Below are positions 36,751 through 45,882 of a DNA stretch of 64,000 nt, piece by piece. This stretch comes from an uncultured virus (IMG/VR IMGVR_UViG_3300025769_000082). Taxonomy: Duplodnaviria > Heunggongvirae > Uroviricota > Caudoviricetes. Location of the stretch: the IMG/VR virus record IMGVR_UViG_3300025769_000082; one strand, written 5' to 3'. The notes beneath the pieces were generated by a model that was not told the origin of the DNA, did not search any database, and worked only from the letters and a program-made list of their open reading frames with translations. The stretch's first letter is position 1, and each line of letters starts with the position of its first letter. A program made the translations under genes and the position numbers.

Positions 36751-38448
36751 TCAGACTCCACAGGTTCCACCATGTCCGGTAAGAGAGCAGACATCGTGTG
36801 TTTCAACATGCTCTTCAAACTCCTCACCGAGCCTATTAACAGCGTCTTCATAAGGAACAGACACCAAAGGCTGACCACCACGAGCCCCATCGGGATAAGC
36901 GGTAAAGCCACGAAGGCGATGAGCGTACTTTGAAAGAGCGTCAACAAAACTTCCGACCGTGTCAGGGTTGTTCTCCTTAGAGCCCCACTCAGGGAGGTTA
37001 ATCGTTGAAGAGATCGACATATCAACGAAGTCTTGAACATCGGCCTGGAAACTAATCCGCCGTTCATAGTCAGTAGAGAGATCGATGGCGGACTCGATGG
37101 TTTCCGGCTTGGTTCCATAAAGATCGATAAGCTCTTGGGCAGCGGCGTCTATGACGTACTGGTAGTGCCACCGAGTTCCTGACTTGAGATAACGTCTTCG
37201 ATAAGCAACTGCGTAGACCGGCTCAATTCCTGTAGAGGTCCCTGCAAGTATGCCAATTGAACCTGTAGGCGCGATGGCGCGATTGGCAATAGGTTGGCTA
37301 ATCGATAATGCATTTGAGACACGTTCAGATGTAACGTCACTAACTCGCTTGTAAACGTGGAGCCATCGTTTGAGTTCCTCTGTAACATGGTACTTCTCCC
37401 CTTGTTTGATTAGCCATTCATGTAGCCCCATTAGACCTAGACCGAGACGTCGGTTCTTTTCTCGGACTTGTTTGACTTTGTCATACGGGAGGTCAGCTCG
37501 TAGCGTTCCACACAGTAGGAATGTGGTGGCACACTCAACGACCTCCTTAAGTTCATTAAGCGACTCAATCCGACCAAGATTGAGGGAGCCCAAGTTACAC
37601 ACGTCGCTGTCGTCGGCGCTGGTGACTTCGGTACAGGCGTTTCGTAAGGTCTCGTTCTCTTGCTCAAAGAAGTTGAAGGAGAAACCTGGTTCACCCGTCG
37701 ATAGGGCCTGAAGGCAGTTCTGACGGAATACATCACCTACCTCCCCGGTCTTCCAAAAGTCCAACAACCACTCGGTGTCATAGTTCAATGAAATGTTCGT
37801 CATGTCGAGTGGAGCTGGGAAATTGAAGTCGTCCTTCTTCACGTCAGCTAACGACTGTCCCGTACTACCAACAGGCATATCGTGCCAGTTCTTTGCTGCT
37901 AGAAGTGCGCCAGCATCACCGTGTTTCCAATTCAGGCTGGCGTAGATTGCAGAGCGTCTTGACCCACCCTGCATAACTCTCCGACCAATCTCATTGATCA
38001 TCTGTATCTTTGGGATCGGACCGGAGGACAGACCCCCGGTACCTTTCAGCTTCTGACCTTGGGGACGGTAGACGGAGTAATCCGTCCCAATACCCCCACC
38101 GGTCATCAGACAGCTTTCAGACTTCCACGACAGATTAGCCCAATCCTCCCTGGTGTCTTCCTCAGCGCGAAGGAGATAACAGTTGTTGAAGAACTTCTTA
38201 TCACGTCCCGCGTAATAGAGGTACCGCCCACCAGGGATGAACTTTAGGTCCCTGATGAACTCGTAGGTCCTACTCCGGACATCCTTAGATACACCCCCCG
38301 AGGTAACGTATGGCGACATCACGTCGTCAACGAGAATACGCGAGAGGTCGTCCCAAGTTTCACAACCCTCATGTGCGTACTTGTGATTGAAGATGTCCTC
38401 AGAGAATTGCGAACGAAACATAGGGTTTCGGTTGGAACGAAAAGTCAT
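36751..38448 (-). CDS. nrdJ: Class II (adenosylcobalamin) ribonucleotide reductase
   Basis: PGGRYLY, NNCY, RNACTE, CNLGS, IAPTGSIG motifs; no beta subunit gene nearby. Confidence 0.85.
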   Translation of the reverse strand: MTFRSNRNPMFRSQFSEDIFNHKYAHEGCETWDDLSRILVDDVMSPYVTSGGVSKDVRSRTYEFIRDLKFIPGGRYLYYAGRDKKFFNNCYLLRAEEDTREDWANLSWKSESCLMTGGGIGTDYSVYRPQGQKLKGTGGLSSGPIPKIQMINEIGRRVMQGGSRRSAIYASLNWKHGDAGALLAAKNWHDMPVGSTGQSLADVKKDDFNFPAPLDMTNISLNYDTEWLLDFWKTGEVGDVFRQNCLQALSTGEPGFSFNFFEQENETLRNACTEVTSADDSDVCNLGSLNLGRIESLNELKEVVECATTFLLCGTLRADLPYDKVKQVREKNRRLGLGLMGLHEWLIKQGEKYHVTEELKRWLHVYKRVSDVTSERVSNALSISQPIANRAIAPTGSIGILAGTSTGIEPVYAVAYRRRYLKSGTRWHYQYVIDAAAQELIDLYGTKPETIESAIDLSTDYERRISFQADVQDFVDMSISSTINLPEWGSKENNPDTVGSFVDALSKYAHRLRGFTAYPDGARGGQPLVSVPYEDAVNRLGEEFEEHVETHDVCSLTGHGGTCGV

Positions 38449-38882
38449 ATGGTGTCCTCTATCAAAATTTCCATTTCAGGTGGTTGGTAATTAGGTCCTT
38501 TAAGAATTTTCCCGTCTTCCCGTCGAATAGGACGCCCGTCGTCTCCTAATTTAGTCATGTTGGAATCGTGAACACGCTTGAACGCGGCATCCTTAGGTAG
38601 ACCGAAGGTCACGAACATACTGTCCAATACGTACTGGAGATCACACAGTTCCTTAAGGAGGTTTGCCTTACACCGACGCTGGGTAGCCGCACCCTTCTTC
38701 ATGTAAATGGCATTGTGAACAGCGCGTACTGCCTCCCCTACCTCAAGGAACTCCTCAGCGATTAAGGTCATTGAGAGACCAAGGTCATTGAGTGTGGTTG
38801 AGTCTAGTGGGAGATCAACTGGCTTCTCGTAAGCCTCATGCATTTGACGAACGAGATTAACACTACCGGCATACCGCATCAT
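38445..38882 (-). CDS. MazG-like NTP pyrophosphohydrolase
   Basis: EEFLE...KELCDLQYV, RVHDSNMTK, RREDGKILKGPNY. Confidence 0.85.
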   Translation of the reverse strand: MMRYAGSVNLVRQMHEAYEKPVDLPLDSTTLNDLGLSMTLIAEEFLEVGEAVRAVHNAIYMKKGAATQRRCKANLLKELCDLQYVLDSMFVTFGLPKDAAFKRVHDSNMTKLGDDGRPIRREDGKILKGPNYQPPEMEILIEDTI

Positions 38883-39133
38883 CGCATCACCCCCGTCAGG
38901 TGGTCGAACGACTCTGACTCAGCGTTTTCGATGAGTCGGTTGAGGTACCACTGGGCTTTTTTAAGGTCTTTGATCTTCGTCCCTTTATGAGGGGCTCGGA
39001 TGATGTATTTGATGATGTTACCTTCGGTAAAGTTGAGGTCCCAGGCGGTGATGAAATCGTAGACTTCGATACTACCGAGGGTGTAGTGCGTAGGGTGGTT
39101 GATATAATCTTCACGGGCGTCGTTGGATGCCAT
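38879..39133 (-). CDS. DUF3310 protein (gp1.7-like nucleotide kinase family)
   Basis: INHPTHY, GNIIKY, DLKKAQWYL; start 39133 after AGGAG. Confidence 0.8.
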   Translation of the reverse strand: MASNDAREDYINHPTHYTLGSIEVYDFITAWDLNFTEGNIIKYIIRAPHKGTKIKDLKKAQWYLNRLIENAESESFDHLTGVMR

Positions 39134-39915
39134 AACGTGATCTCCTGGGTTTCGTGATTGTAGTCCTCCGCTCGCAGGATTCGGGCCATTCGAGCGTTGT
39201 AGATAGCGTCGTCCTCGGTCGAACCACCTTTGACGTAGTAGTCCACAATGCTCTGCCAGAGCGTACACGATTCTCCTGGTGTCCATTTGACTTCCTTATC
39301 TCCTCTACGCTTTCCCTTGGTGATCTCTCGTACTGAACGAGTGAGACGGTGGGGGTTCGCTAGAATAACCTCCGCTGCCTTAGCCCCACTCCCAGGAGCC
39401 CCTGAGTAACCATCCACAGCGTCACCAACGATGGTCTGGGTCATCCAGTTCCGATCAGCTATAGCTTTACTGATCTTCATTGGGCGTTTCATACTGTCGG
39501 GATTGAAGAACCGACACGGTACAGACATCAGGTCTTTATCGATGGTTATAACAACAGCGTTAGGGTCCTTAGCGGCGAGGAGAGACAACACGTCGTCAGC
39601 CTCCAACCACGGGATCGTGACGGTGGTGTATTTCTCACGGATATACTCAATGGCAGTACTGAGACCTATAGGACGGGACTTATCCTTTCGGTTCTCTTTG
39701 TAAGAACCCCCAAGCGTCTTACGGAAGTTGTTGGTGTCCGATAGACACATGACCACCTTGGCCTTTCGGAACCGGTGGGTCCACTTTTGTACGAGGTGGT
39801 CTACGGTATCGTGAACCTTCGATGGATCGAATACTGGCCCGTCGCCGAAGTCATCCTCAACCACGGCTGACGCACGGTACGCAATGATGTCTGCGTCGAT
39901 CAGCGCGGTGGTCAT
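38896..39915 (-). CDS. 5'-3' exonuclease (T7 gp6-like)
   Basis: LIDADIIAY, YKENR, LEADD, IDKDL, GDAVDGYSG. Confidence 0.9.
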   Translation of the reverse strand: MTTALIDADIIAYRASAVVEDDFGDGPVFDPSKVHDTVDHLVQKWTHRFRKAKVVMCLSDTNNFRKTLGGSYKENRKDKSRPIGLSTAIEYIREKYTTVTIPWLEADDVLSLLAAKDPNAVVITIDKDLMSVPCRFFNPDSMKRPMKISKAIADRNWMTQTIVGDAVDGYSGAPGSGAKAAEVILANPHRLTRSVREITKGKRRGDKEVKWTPGESCTLWQSIVDYYVKGGSTEDDAIYNARMARILRAEDYNHETQEITLWHPTTPVKIISTTLRTTPSVVSKSTISSPPGTSTLPKVTSSNTSSEPLIKGRRSKTLKKPSGTSTDSSKTLSQSRSTT

Positions 39916-40009
39916 CAGAGACTTGCCAAGGTGATGATAGCCATAACAAAGCACATGACGATTAGGATACCCGTCACAACCTCGAGTATTCGATCTACAA
40001 TGCTATACA

Positions 40010-41818
40010 TCAGTGTGTTTCCTTCCAGTTAGCGCCGATCTTGTAGGACCCAGAGAGCGGACACTTAAGACCAAGACGGACCCCCGCCTCGGTAATAGCG
40101 CCAGCGAAGGTCTCGCCAACAAGTTCAGCGTATTCTTTAGGTGTAGATAATTGGACCTCATCATGAACATTGACGAGGTAGTTGAATGGGACTTCAGGTA
40201 ACATCTCGTTCATAGTCTCATCGAAGATCACGAGGGCATGTTTCATCACAACAGCACCAGCACCTTGAAGGAGCGTATTAAGGGCTGAGTGTGCTGATAC
40301 GGACTCAATGTACCGACCGTCCAAGGACTTCAAAGGTACGCCGTTAAGGTGACCCTTATGCTTCTTCTTTAACGCGGCCTGGAGAGGACCAAGACCCTTA
40401 ATGTTCGTTTCCAGACCGTCCCTAATCTGCTTACCAAGGTCCCCTAGGGAACCCTTACGACGGGGCTTCTTAGCGGCGTCGGAATCGTCGTGACAGATCA
40501 TCCCGAGCTTCGGGTTACCAGCACCATAAAGGTACCCGTAGGTCGCGTTTTTTGTGTAGGGGTCTCGGTTATGGAAATTGATTGCCCGCTGCGTCATTGT
40601 ATGGACGTCGGTACCATCGTCCTTAGAACCTGACACCACAGCCGACGCGTATAGTCCATCATCCCATCTAGCGAGGTAGTGTCCAAGCATACGAAGCTCT
40701 AGACCATCAGCGTCACAACCAACCATCACCTCACCCTCGTCAGCCATCCACACAGCCCGCATACGAAGTTCTTTCTTATCGACATTAGCTAGGTTAGGTG
40801 AGAAGTGAGACATCCGGTGCGTACGCGCACCAATAGGATTCACCGCTCCGTGGACTCGGCCATTACGTTCATGTTTAAGCCAAGAGTTCTCGCCATCCGC
40901 GATCTGTCCGAGTTGCTTAATGATCCTGAGGTAACGGTTAAATTCCGCAGCCTCAGAGTACTTAAGCTCCGCTAATACCGACTCATCGATCTGAGGGGCA
41001 CCTGTCGGTGTGAACTTACGTGGCTTCCATCCGTACTTAGTCGTGAGACGGTTAGCCACCTGTTGACGAGAGCCAGGGTTGAATGGGACGGTCTTGGTCT
41101 TATGACGTCCCCAGGACCCAGGGGCGTTCCCTGCGGCCTTCTTAGTCTCCCACTCCTTCCCATCTTCCGTCACCCAGTATCGAGACTTCATGTTCTCGAT
41201 GTGTGGTGGGAAGATTTCTTGTAGACGCGCTTCGATGTCAGATAGTTCTTGGCGGAGCTCACCCACTAGATCATAACAAGCATCGAGATTAAGACGGAAA
41301 CCATGTTGCTCTTGTCGGGCCATAATGAAAGCAACCTTGTGTTCCGTAGTAACTGCAAGATCACCCTGACGTTTAGCTTCGGTTAGTAGACGGCGGTAGA
41401 CTGCCGCTGTGACTTTACAGTCGTTTAGGCAGTAAGCCCCCAACTCAGGGCTCCAACGGTCGAACTCTGTATGGTCGCCTTTTGGAAACTTTAGGCGGTC
41501 ACCCCAGCCAGCCAGACTATGCTTCCCTGTCGGGTGCCACAGTCTGGAAACGACTAGCGTATCCCATATCTGCTCTTTACGAAGTGTTCCAGGGTAGAAG
41601 CGCTCAATAGCCCAGTAGTCGTAGCTGGTGCCATTGTGGAACACTACGCGGTCAGCGGTTCGTAACCGTTGGAGCCCCTCGGACATCGGAGGGTATCCAG
41701 ACTGGTCAGCATAGAGGACACCATTGTCGCCAGACGGATCACAAACACCCAGGCACCAGATTCGAGTGATGCCGGGTAGGAGATCATCGGCTTCAATGTC
41801 AGCGATCAGCGTGGTCAT
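40010..41818 (-). CDS. DNA polymerase family A (T7 gp5-like)
   Basis: DIEAD exonuclease motif, DADGLELR, YGYLYGAG, VHDE. Confidence 0.95.
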   Translation of the reverse strand: MTTLIADIEADDLLPGITRIWCLGVCDPSGDNGVLYADQSGYPPMSEGLQRLRTADRVVFHNGTSYDYWAIERFYPGTLRKEQIWDTLVVSRLWHPTGKHSLAGWGDRLKFPKGDHTEFDRWSPELGAYCLNDCKVTAAVYRRLLTEAKRQGDLAVTTEHKVAFIMARQEQHGFRLNLDACYDLVGELRQELSDIEARLQEIFPPHIENMKSRYWVTEDGKEWETKKAAGNAPGSWGRHKTKTVPFNPGSRQQVANRLTTKYGWKPRKFTPTGAPQIDESVLAELKYSEAAEFNRYLRIIKQLGQIADGENSWLKHERNGRVHGAVNPIGARTHRMSHFSPNLANVDKKELRMRAVWMADEGEVMVGCDADGLELRMLGHYLARWDDGLYASAVVSGSKDDGTDVHTMTQRAINFHNRDPYTKNATYGYLYGAGNPKLGMICHDDSDAAKKPRRKGSLGDLGKQIRDGLETNIKGLGPLQAALKKKHKGHLNGVPLKSLDGRYIESVSAHSALNTLLQGAGAVVMKHALVIFDETMNEMLPEVPFNYLVNVHDEVQLSTPKEYAELVGETFAGAITEAGVRLGLKCPLSGSYKIGANWKETH

Positions 41819-41854
41819 ATACCATATCTCCGATATCAGTGGTTACTGAAGTTC

Positions 41855-42313
41855 TTAGGTAGTAGAAAGAAACTCTGCTTGTTGGCGGAGACGTAAATGG
41901 TCAGCCATCTCTAAGATTGATGAGATAACTAGTTCATCATCGTCGCGATTAGACTTGATCCAGTTGTAACAGTTCAGGACCCATCGGGTGTTCTCCATGG
42001 TGTATCCTTTGGTAGAGTCTATGCGGTCTAAGGATGGACCAAAGGGGTGAGGACCCTCTCTTACGGTGAACACGAAGGGGACCCCAGTCACTTCGCAGTA
42101 GAGAGGTATAGAGGTGTAGTGTAAGTCGTACTCCATCAACCTCTTACGTGCGCGTCGGGAAGCTGCCGAACATAACGTGACGCAACGACCTTCTCTAGTC
42201 TCACGGTAAGCCTTCTTAACACCGGCTATCTTCTCCTTATTCGCTTCGTAGTACGTCCTATTATTCTCCCGCTTCTTTACCTTCCGCTCTTCCTCAATCG
42301 AACTCTTCACCAT
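41855..42313 (-). CDS. Putative HNH-like endonuclease
   Basis: SLDRIDSTKGYTMENTRWV. Confidence 0.7.
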   Translation of the reverse strand: MVKSSIEEERKVKKRENNRTYYEANKEKIAGVKKAYRETREGRCVTLCSAASRRARKRLMEYDLHYTSIPLYCEVTGVPFVFTVREGPHPFGPSLDRIDSTKGYTMENTRWVLNCYNWIKSNRDDDELVISSILEMADHLRLRQQAEFLSTT

Positions 42314-43931
42314 CCGCTTCCTCCGGTAATTCCCGTTGGAAGTCCGTTCCGCATTCCTTTAGCCGTCCGGTTTTACTTTCATACTCAAGGGTACCAGCAG
42401 TACCGGTGAACCCCGCGTAGCGATTCTTTAGGACTCTCAAAGTTATAAGGTTCCCATCCTCATCTGACTGTTGGTCTCGCTCCGCTGCGATCACGGTGTC
42501 AGATAATTGGGATATCGATTGGCTACCCCGTAAGTCACTCAACTCAACCTGAGCCCCCCGCTCATGTGACTTGGTTTTAGTCGTACGCTTGAGGTGGTTC
42601 ACAAGGATGAGACCGCACTTGGTCTCCTCAGTGAAGCTCCGCAGGGCCGTCATGGTGTTGTCGATGGCGCGGCGTTCGTCCTCCCCCAGGTCCAGCCCAC
42701 TCACCACGATACTTAGGTGATCAAGGATGATCCACGGGCACTCAAGGCCCTTGACGAGGTACGACAGTTTACGGAGTAGGTTGTCCGCACCCGTACTGCC
42801 CCAATGGTCGTAGAAATAATACCGTCCGGTACCGAGGGTCTCATCGAACGCCTTACGACGCTCATCGTCAGTGATCTTGGTATTCGGAAGGTGTAAAGTT
42901 TTGTTACAGTGGATCGACATAAGGCGAAGACCAGAACGACTACTGCTCTCCTCCAACGCTACATAGCCCACGTTCTGTTTTAGCGTGTTACCAAGGTGGT
43001 GAGCTATCTCAGCACAGATCGTGGACTTACCCGTACCTGTACCAGCGGTCAGCGCGATGATCTCCCCCCGTCGCATACCGTACGTGAGATCATTGAGACC
43101 CTTCCAAGGGAAGGGGGTTCCCATTTCCACAGGTGCGTTGACGTCATCCCAAAGCGAATTGCCGTTGATGATACCATCCGGACGTGCCACCTCAGCATTC
43201 CAAACAGCGACTTGAAGCTCCTTTATCTTCCGAGCTAGGAGCATCTCGTTGGCGTCTTTATACCCCTCAGGTAAACGAGCGATGGCGGCTTTACCAGGAG
43301 TGAGTATTTCAGCACACTCTTGTGCGGCCTTCTGTCCTGGCTCATCACTGTCGAACATAAAGACAACAACCTCGAACGACTCAATCCAGTCGATGTTCGC
43401 TTTGATTGACTTATAGGCCGCAGCGGCACCATTAGGAACTGAGACGACGGGCCAGGAGAGGTTAGTCACCTGGGAGTAAGACATAGCGTCGATCTCACCT
43501 TCGGTGATCACGAGCCGCTTACCACCTGATTGCCAAAGCTTACGACCAAACAACTTATTGTCTAAGGTACCAGTGATGGAGAAGTCTTTACCCGCGAAAC
43601 GTAACTTCTGACCTATCACCTTTCCTTTATCGTCATGATATGGCGCTACATGACATGGTGTCCCACGAAAGTTAGATTTAGAGTAACCAAACTTCTTACA
43701 CGTATCAAGACGGAGCCCACGCTTAGGCATGTCAATATACTCACCGATAGGGGCGAGACTACTCTTCACCTTGTTAGTCACTGGGCGCTCCTCCTCGTCA
43801 CCACCAGCACCGACCTTTCGGTTGGTCTCACACGAAAAACAATGAGACCAACCGGAGGTGTATATGACCCGTGCGTCTGAGGAGCCGCAGTCCTCACAAG
43901 GGACGTGTAATTCAGCTACCTCTTCACTCAT
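42294..43931 (-). CDS. Primase-helicase (T7 gp4-like)
   Basis: CxxC zinc finger, TEGEIDA TOPRIM, AGTGTGKS, ILDHL, LRGS, KNR. Confidence 0.96.
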   Translation of the reverse strand: MSEEVAELHVPCEDCGSSDARVIYTSGWSHCFSCETNRKVGAGGDEEERPVTNKVKSSLAPIGEYIDMPKRGLRLDTCKKFGYSKSNFRGTPCHVAPYHDDKGKVIGQKLRFAGKDFSITGTLDNKLFGRKLWQSGGKRLVITEGEIDAMSYSQVTNLSWPVVSVPNGAAAAYKSIKANIDWIESFEVVVFMFDSDEPGQKAAQECAEILTPGKAAIARLPEGYKDANEMLLARKIKELQVAVWNAEVARPDGIINGNSLWDDVNAPVEMGTPFPWKGLNDLTYGMRRGEIIALTAGTGTGKSTICAEIAHHLGNTLKQNVGYVALEESSSRSGLRLMSIHCNKTLHLPNTKITDDERRKAFDETLGTGRYYFYDHWGSTGADNLLRKLSYLVKGLECPWIILDHLSIVVSGLDLGEDERRAIDNTMTALRSFTEETKCGLILVNHLKRTTKTKSHERGAQVELSDLRGSQSISQLSDTVIAAERDQQSDEDGNLITLRVLKNRYAGFTGTAGTLEYESKTGRLKECGTDFQRELPEEADGEEFD

Positions 43932-44140
43932 ACTGCGGCCTTACTATTCGTACGAGCGAGGTTCTCCCAACGCTTAGCGGACTTACGGAATCGCTTCGGT
44001 AAAGTCCTTGCGTTACCGTTATGGTCACGGGTTATCCAAACACAACCACGGTCTTCATTCGTCGAAGGGCAGGGTGCCTTGGGTCCACCGTAAGTAATCG
44101 TCCCCTCGTCTGTCGTTATCGTCAGCGTTACCTTTTGCAT
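43928..44140 (-). CDS. Hypothetical protein
   Basis: RBS GGAG; coupled ORF. Confidence 0.45.
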   Translation of the reverse strand: MQKVTLTITTDEGTITYGGPKAPCPSTNEDRGCVWITRDHNGNARTLPKRFRKSAKRWENLARTNSKAAV

Positions 44141-44327
44141 TCCTATTCTCCAGTGCGATTGCCTCGTCGAGTAAGGCCTTGAGGTTCGCGTTGTTATGCC
44201 AATCCTCTATAGACAAACCGCTCCAAGTCTGTGTGAGACCTGATCGACGAGTGAGTTGTTGAAAGGCTAATTGGGTCTTCCGCCAACGGATGGCGGCGTT
44301 GTAGACCTCGTCTCTAAGGTCCCGCAT
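44055..44327 (-). CDS. Hypothetical protein
   Basis: Fills gap in operon. Confidence 0.45.
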   Translation of the reverse strand: MRDLRDEVYNAAIRWRKTQLAFQQLTRRSGLTQTWSGLSIEDWHNNANLKALLDEAIALENRNAKGNADDNDRRGDDYLRWTQGTLPFDE

Positions 44328-44332
44328 TAGTA

Positions 44333-44545
44333 CTACGCCTTAACCGACAGATCACTCTTATGGTAGCGTACATATCGCTGCCCTGTGTTATCGACACGGC
44401 GTTCCCTAGAAATGGGAAAACCGCACTCCTCCAAGTCCGAAATCCGGCGCGGGAGTGCCCGGATACGGTAGAGTGCCTGAGCCTCAATATTTGAGATTGA
44501 CCCGACTTTGTTGAGGTGTTCGCGGACCTGTTCAACTTGCGTCAT
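44333..44545 (-). CDS. Small winged-helix DNA-binding protein
   Basis: GSISNIEAQALYRIRALPRRISDLEECGFPI. Confidence 0.75.
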   Translation of the reverse strand: MTQVEQVREHLNKVGSISNIEAQALYRIRALPRRISDLEECGFPISRERRVDNTGQRYVRYHKSDLSVKA

Positions 44546-45005
44546 GAAATTCCTCCAGTTCTATCCAATGCACAAAGAAGCCGGGGACTTCCCCATCCTC
44601 GGCATATCTCTTGAAAGCCTTCAGCCCGACGACTTGCGTATCGTCTTTCCAGAAACGCTTACCCGCCGTCATGGCGTCGAGAGGCCCCTTCACGTAGTTA
44701 TCAATATCACCACGAGGGGTTTGGAGCTTTCCGGTCTTAGGCTTAGTCATCACCGCCTCGACGAGAACGACCACGGGTTTATCCGTAGGCGTTCCGTCGT
44801 AGGCGGCAGCGGCGGGGTATGCTTCCTTCCGCCATACAGTGTACCGCTTACCGTAGTAGACACCCCACCGCGTCACTTTAGGGCGACTAGCTGGCACCGG
44901 TTCATTCAAGAAGCTGAATGATTTAAGGGGACCCGAGGTCCCCTTCCGCATGTCAGCTAATGCTTGAGCAGCGAGCGACTTAGTCGAACTCGTTGTCGTC
45001 TTCAT
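44532..45005 (-). CDS. rusA: RusA-like Holliday junction resolvase
   Basis: GDIDNYVKGPLDAM...WKDDTQV; start uncertain. Confidence 0.85.
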   Translation of the reverse strand: MKTTTSSTKSLAAQALADMRKGTSGPLKSFSFLNEPVPASRPKVTRWGVYYGKRYTVWRKEAYPAAAAYDGTPTDKPVVVLVEAVMTKPKTGKLQTPRGDIDNYVKGPLDAMTAGKRFWKDDTQVVGLKAFKRYAEDGEVPGFFVHWIELEEFHDAS

Positions 45006-45573
45006 CACTACTATCACTGACGTCACTCGGTACGTCCGCGACGTAACCTTCTTCATCCTCAAAGTCAGCGGCCCCGTCGCCACCACCAGTTGAGTTCTTC
45101 TCGATCAGTTGTACGTTACGCAGCTTGAGACTGATCCCACTACCGAAGCCATCGTACGGTTTGACGATCATCGACAGCTTGATCTTGTCACCGGACATCG
45201 CTGTGGTACCTTCCGGCAGCACTTGCCGAGCGGAGTCAAACTGCGATGGTTTGTACTTAGAGTTGACCTTGAGAAGCATCTTGCCCGCGAACTCTTCACG
45301 CGCATTCCCGTCCCTATCGGTCTCGTCGTCACCATCATGGAAAGGTAATTTGAAGTTCTTCTTCAGCTTTGGACCATGCTCCTTCGCGTGAGCGGTACCG
45401 ATATCCTCAACCTTACTCATGAAGGCTTCAGTCTCTGCGTTTTTATCGAGGACCAGGGTGACCTTATACTTCGGATCATCCTTATCGAACTTATCGTCAG
45501 GCTTCGAGAGCCATGTGAATGCGGCGGTACCAGCCGGGGAGACGATGCAGGGGAATTTAGCCATAGTAGTCAT
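44980..45573 (-). CDS. Single-stranded DNA-binding protein (T7 gp2.5-like)
   Basis: SPAGTAAF..L.KPD, GISLKLRNVQLIE, acidic tail ending in F-D. Confidence 0.9.
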   Translation of the reverse strand: MTTMAKFPCIVSPAGTAAFTWLSKPDDKFDKDDPKYKVTLVLDKNAETEAFMSKVEDIGTAHAKEHGPKLKKNFKLPFHDGDDETDRDGNAREEFAGKMLLKVNSKYKPSQFDSARQVLPEGTTAMSGDKIKLSMIVKPYDGFGSGISLKLRNVQLIEKNSTGGGDGAADFEDEEGYVADVPSDVSDSSDEDDNEFD

Positions 45574-45817
45574 ATCCTTCGATTTCATTGATTAGTGCGC
45601 TGTGGAGGAGATCAACGTAGACCTCTCCTGTATGGTCGAGACCTTCACCACCGCTAAGAGCGGCGCTAAGCGCGAGGGCCATATTCTCGGAAATATCTAT
45701 GGTGTAGCGTCCGTCAACTTCTTCGACGAATAACTCAAAGTCATCATCTGAAAGTTCTTCGACGATGGCCCCGCTCATCACGAGGTCGGTATAAACATCC
45801 ATTGGAATGATCGGCAT
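45557..45817 (-). CDS. Highly acidic small protein
   Basis: About 20 D/E and one R in 86 aa; directly downstream of phage promoter. Confidence 0.7.
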   Translation of the reverse strand: MPIIPMDVYTDLVMSGAIVEELSDDDFELFVEEVDGRYTIDISENMALALSAALSGGEGLDHTGEVYVDLLHSALINEIEGYDYYG

Positions 45818-45826
45818 TATCGTTAT

Positions 45827-45851
45827 CTCCTCTATAAGGGTCCGCTATTAA
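45827..45851 (-). promoter_or_regulatory. Phage RNAP promoter
   Basis: TTAATAGCGGACCCTTATAGAGGAG, T7-like layout, 24/25 identical to 50631-50655. Confidence 0.85.
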
Positions 45852-45882
45852 CTGAGAGGTATATTCGTGGTCACTGATACCT

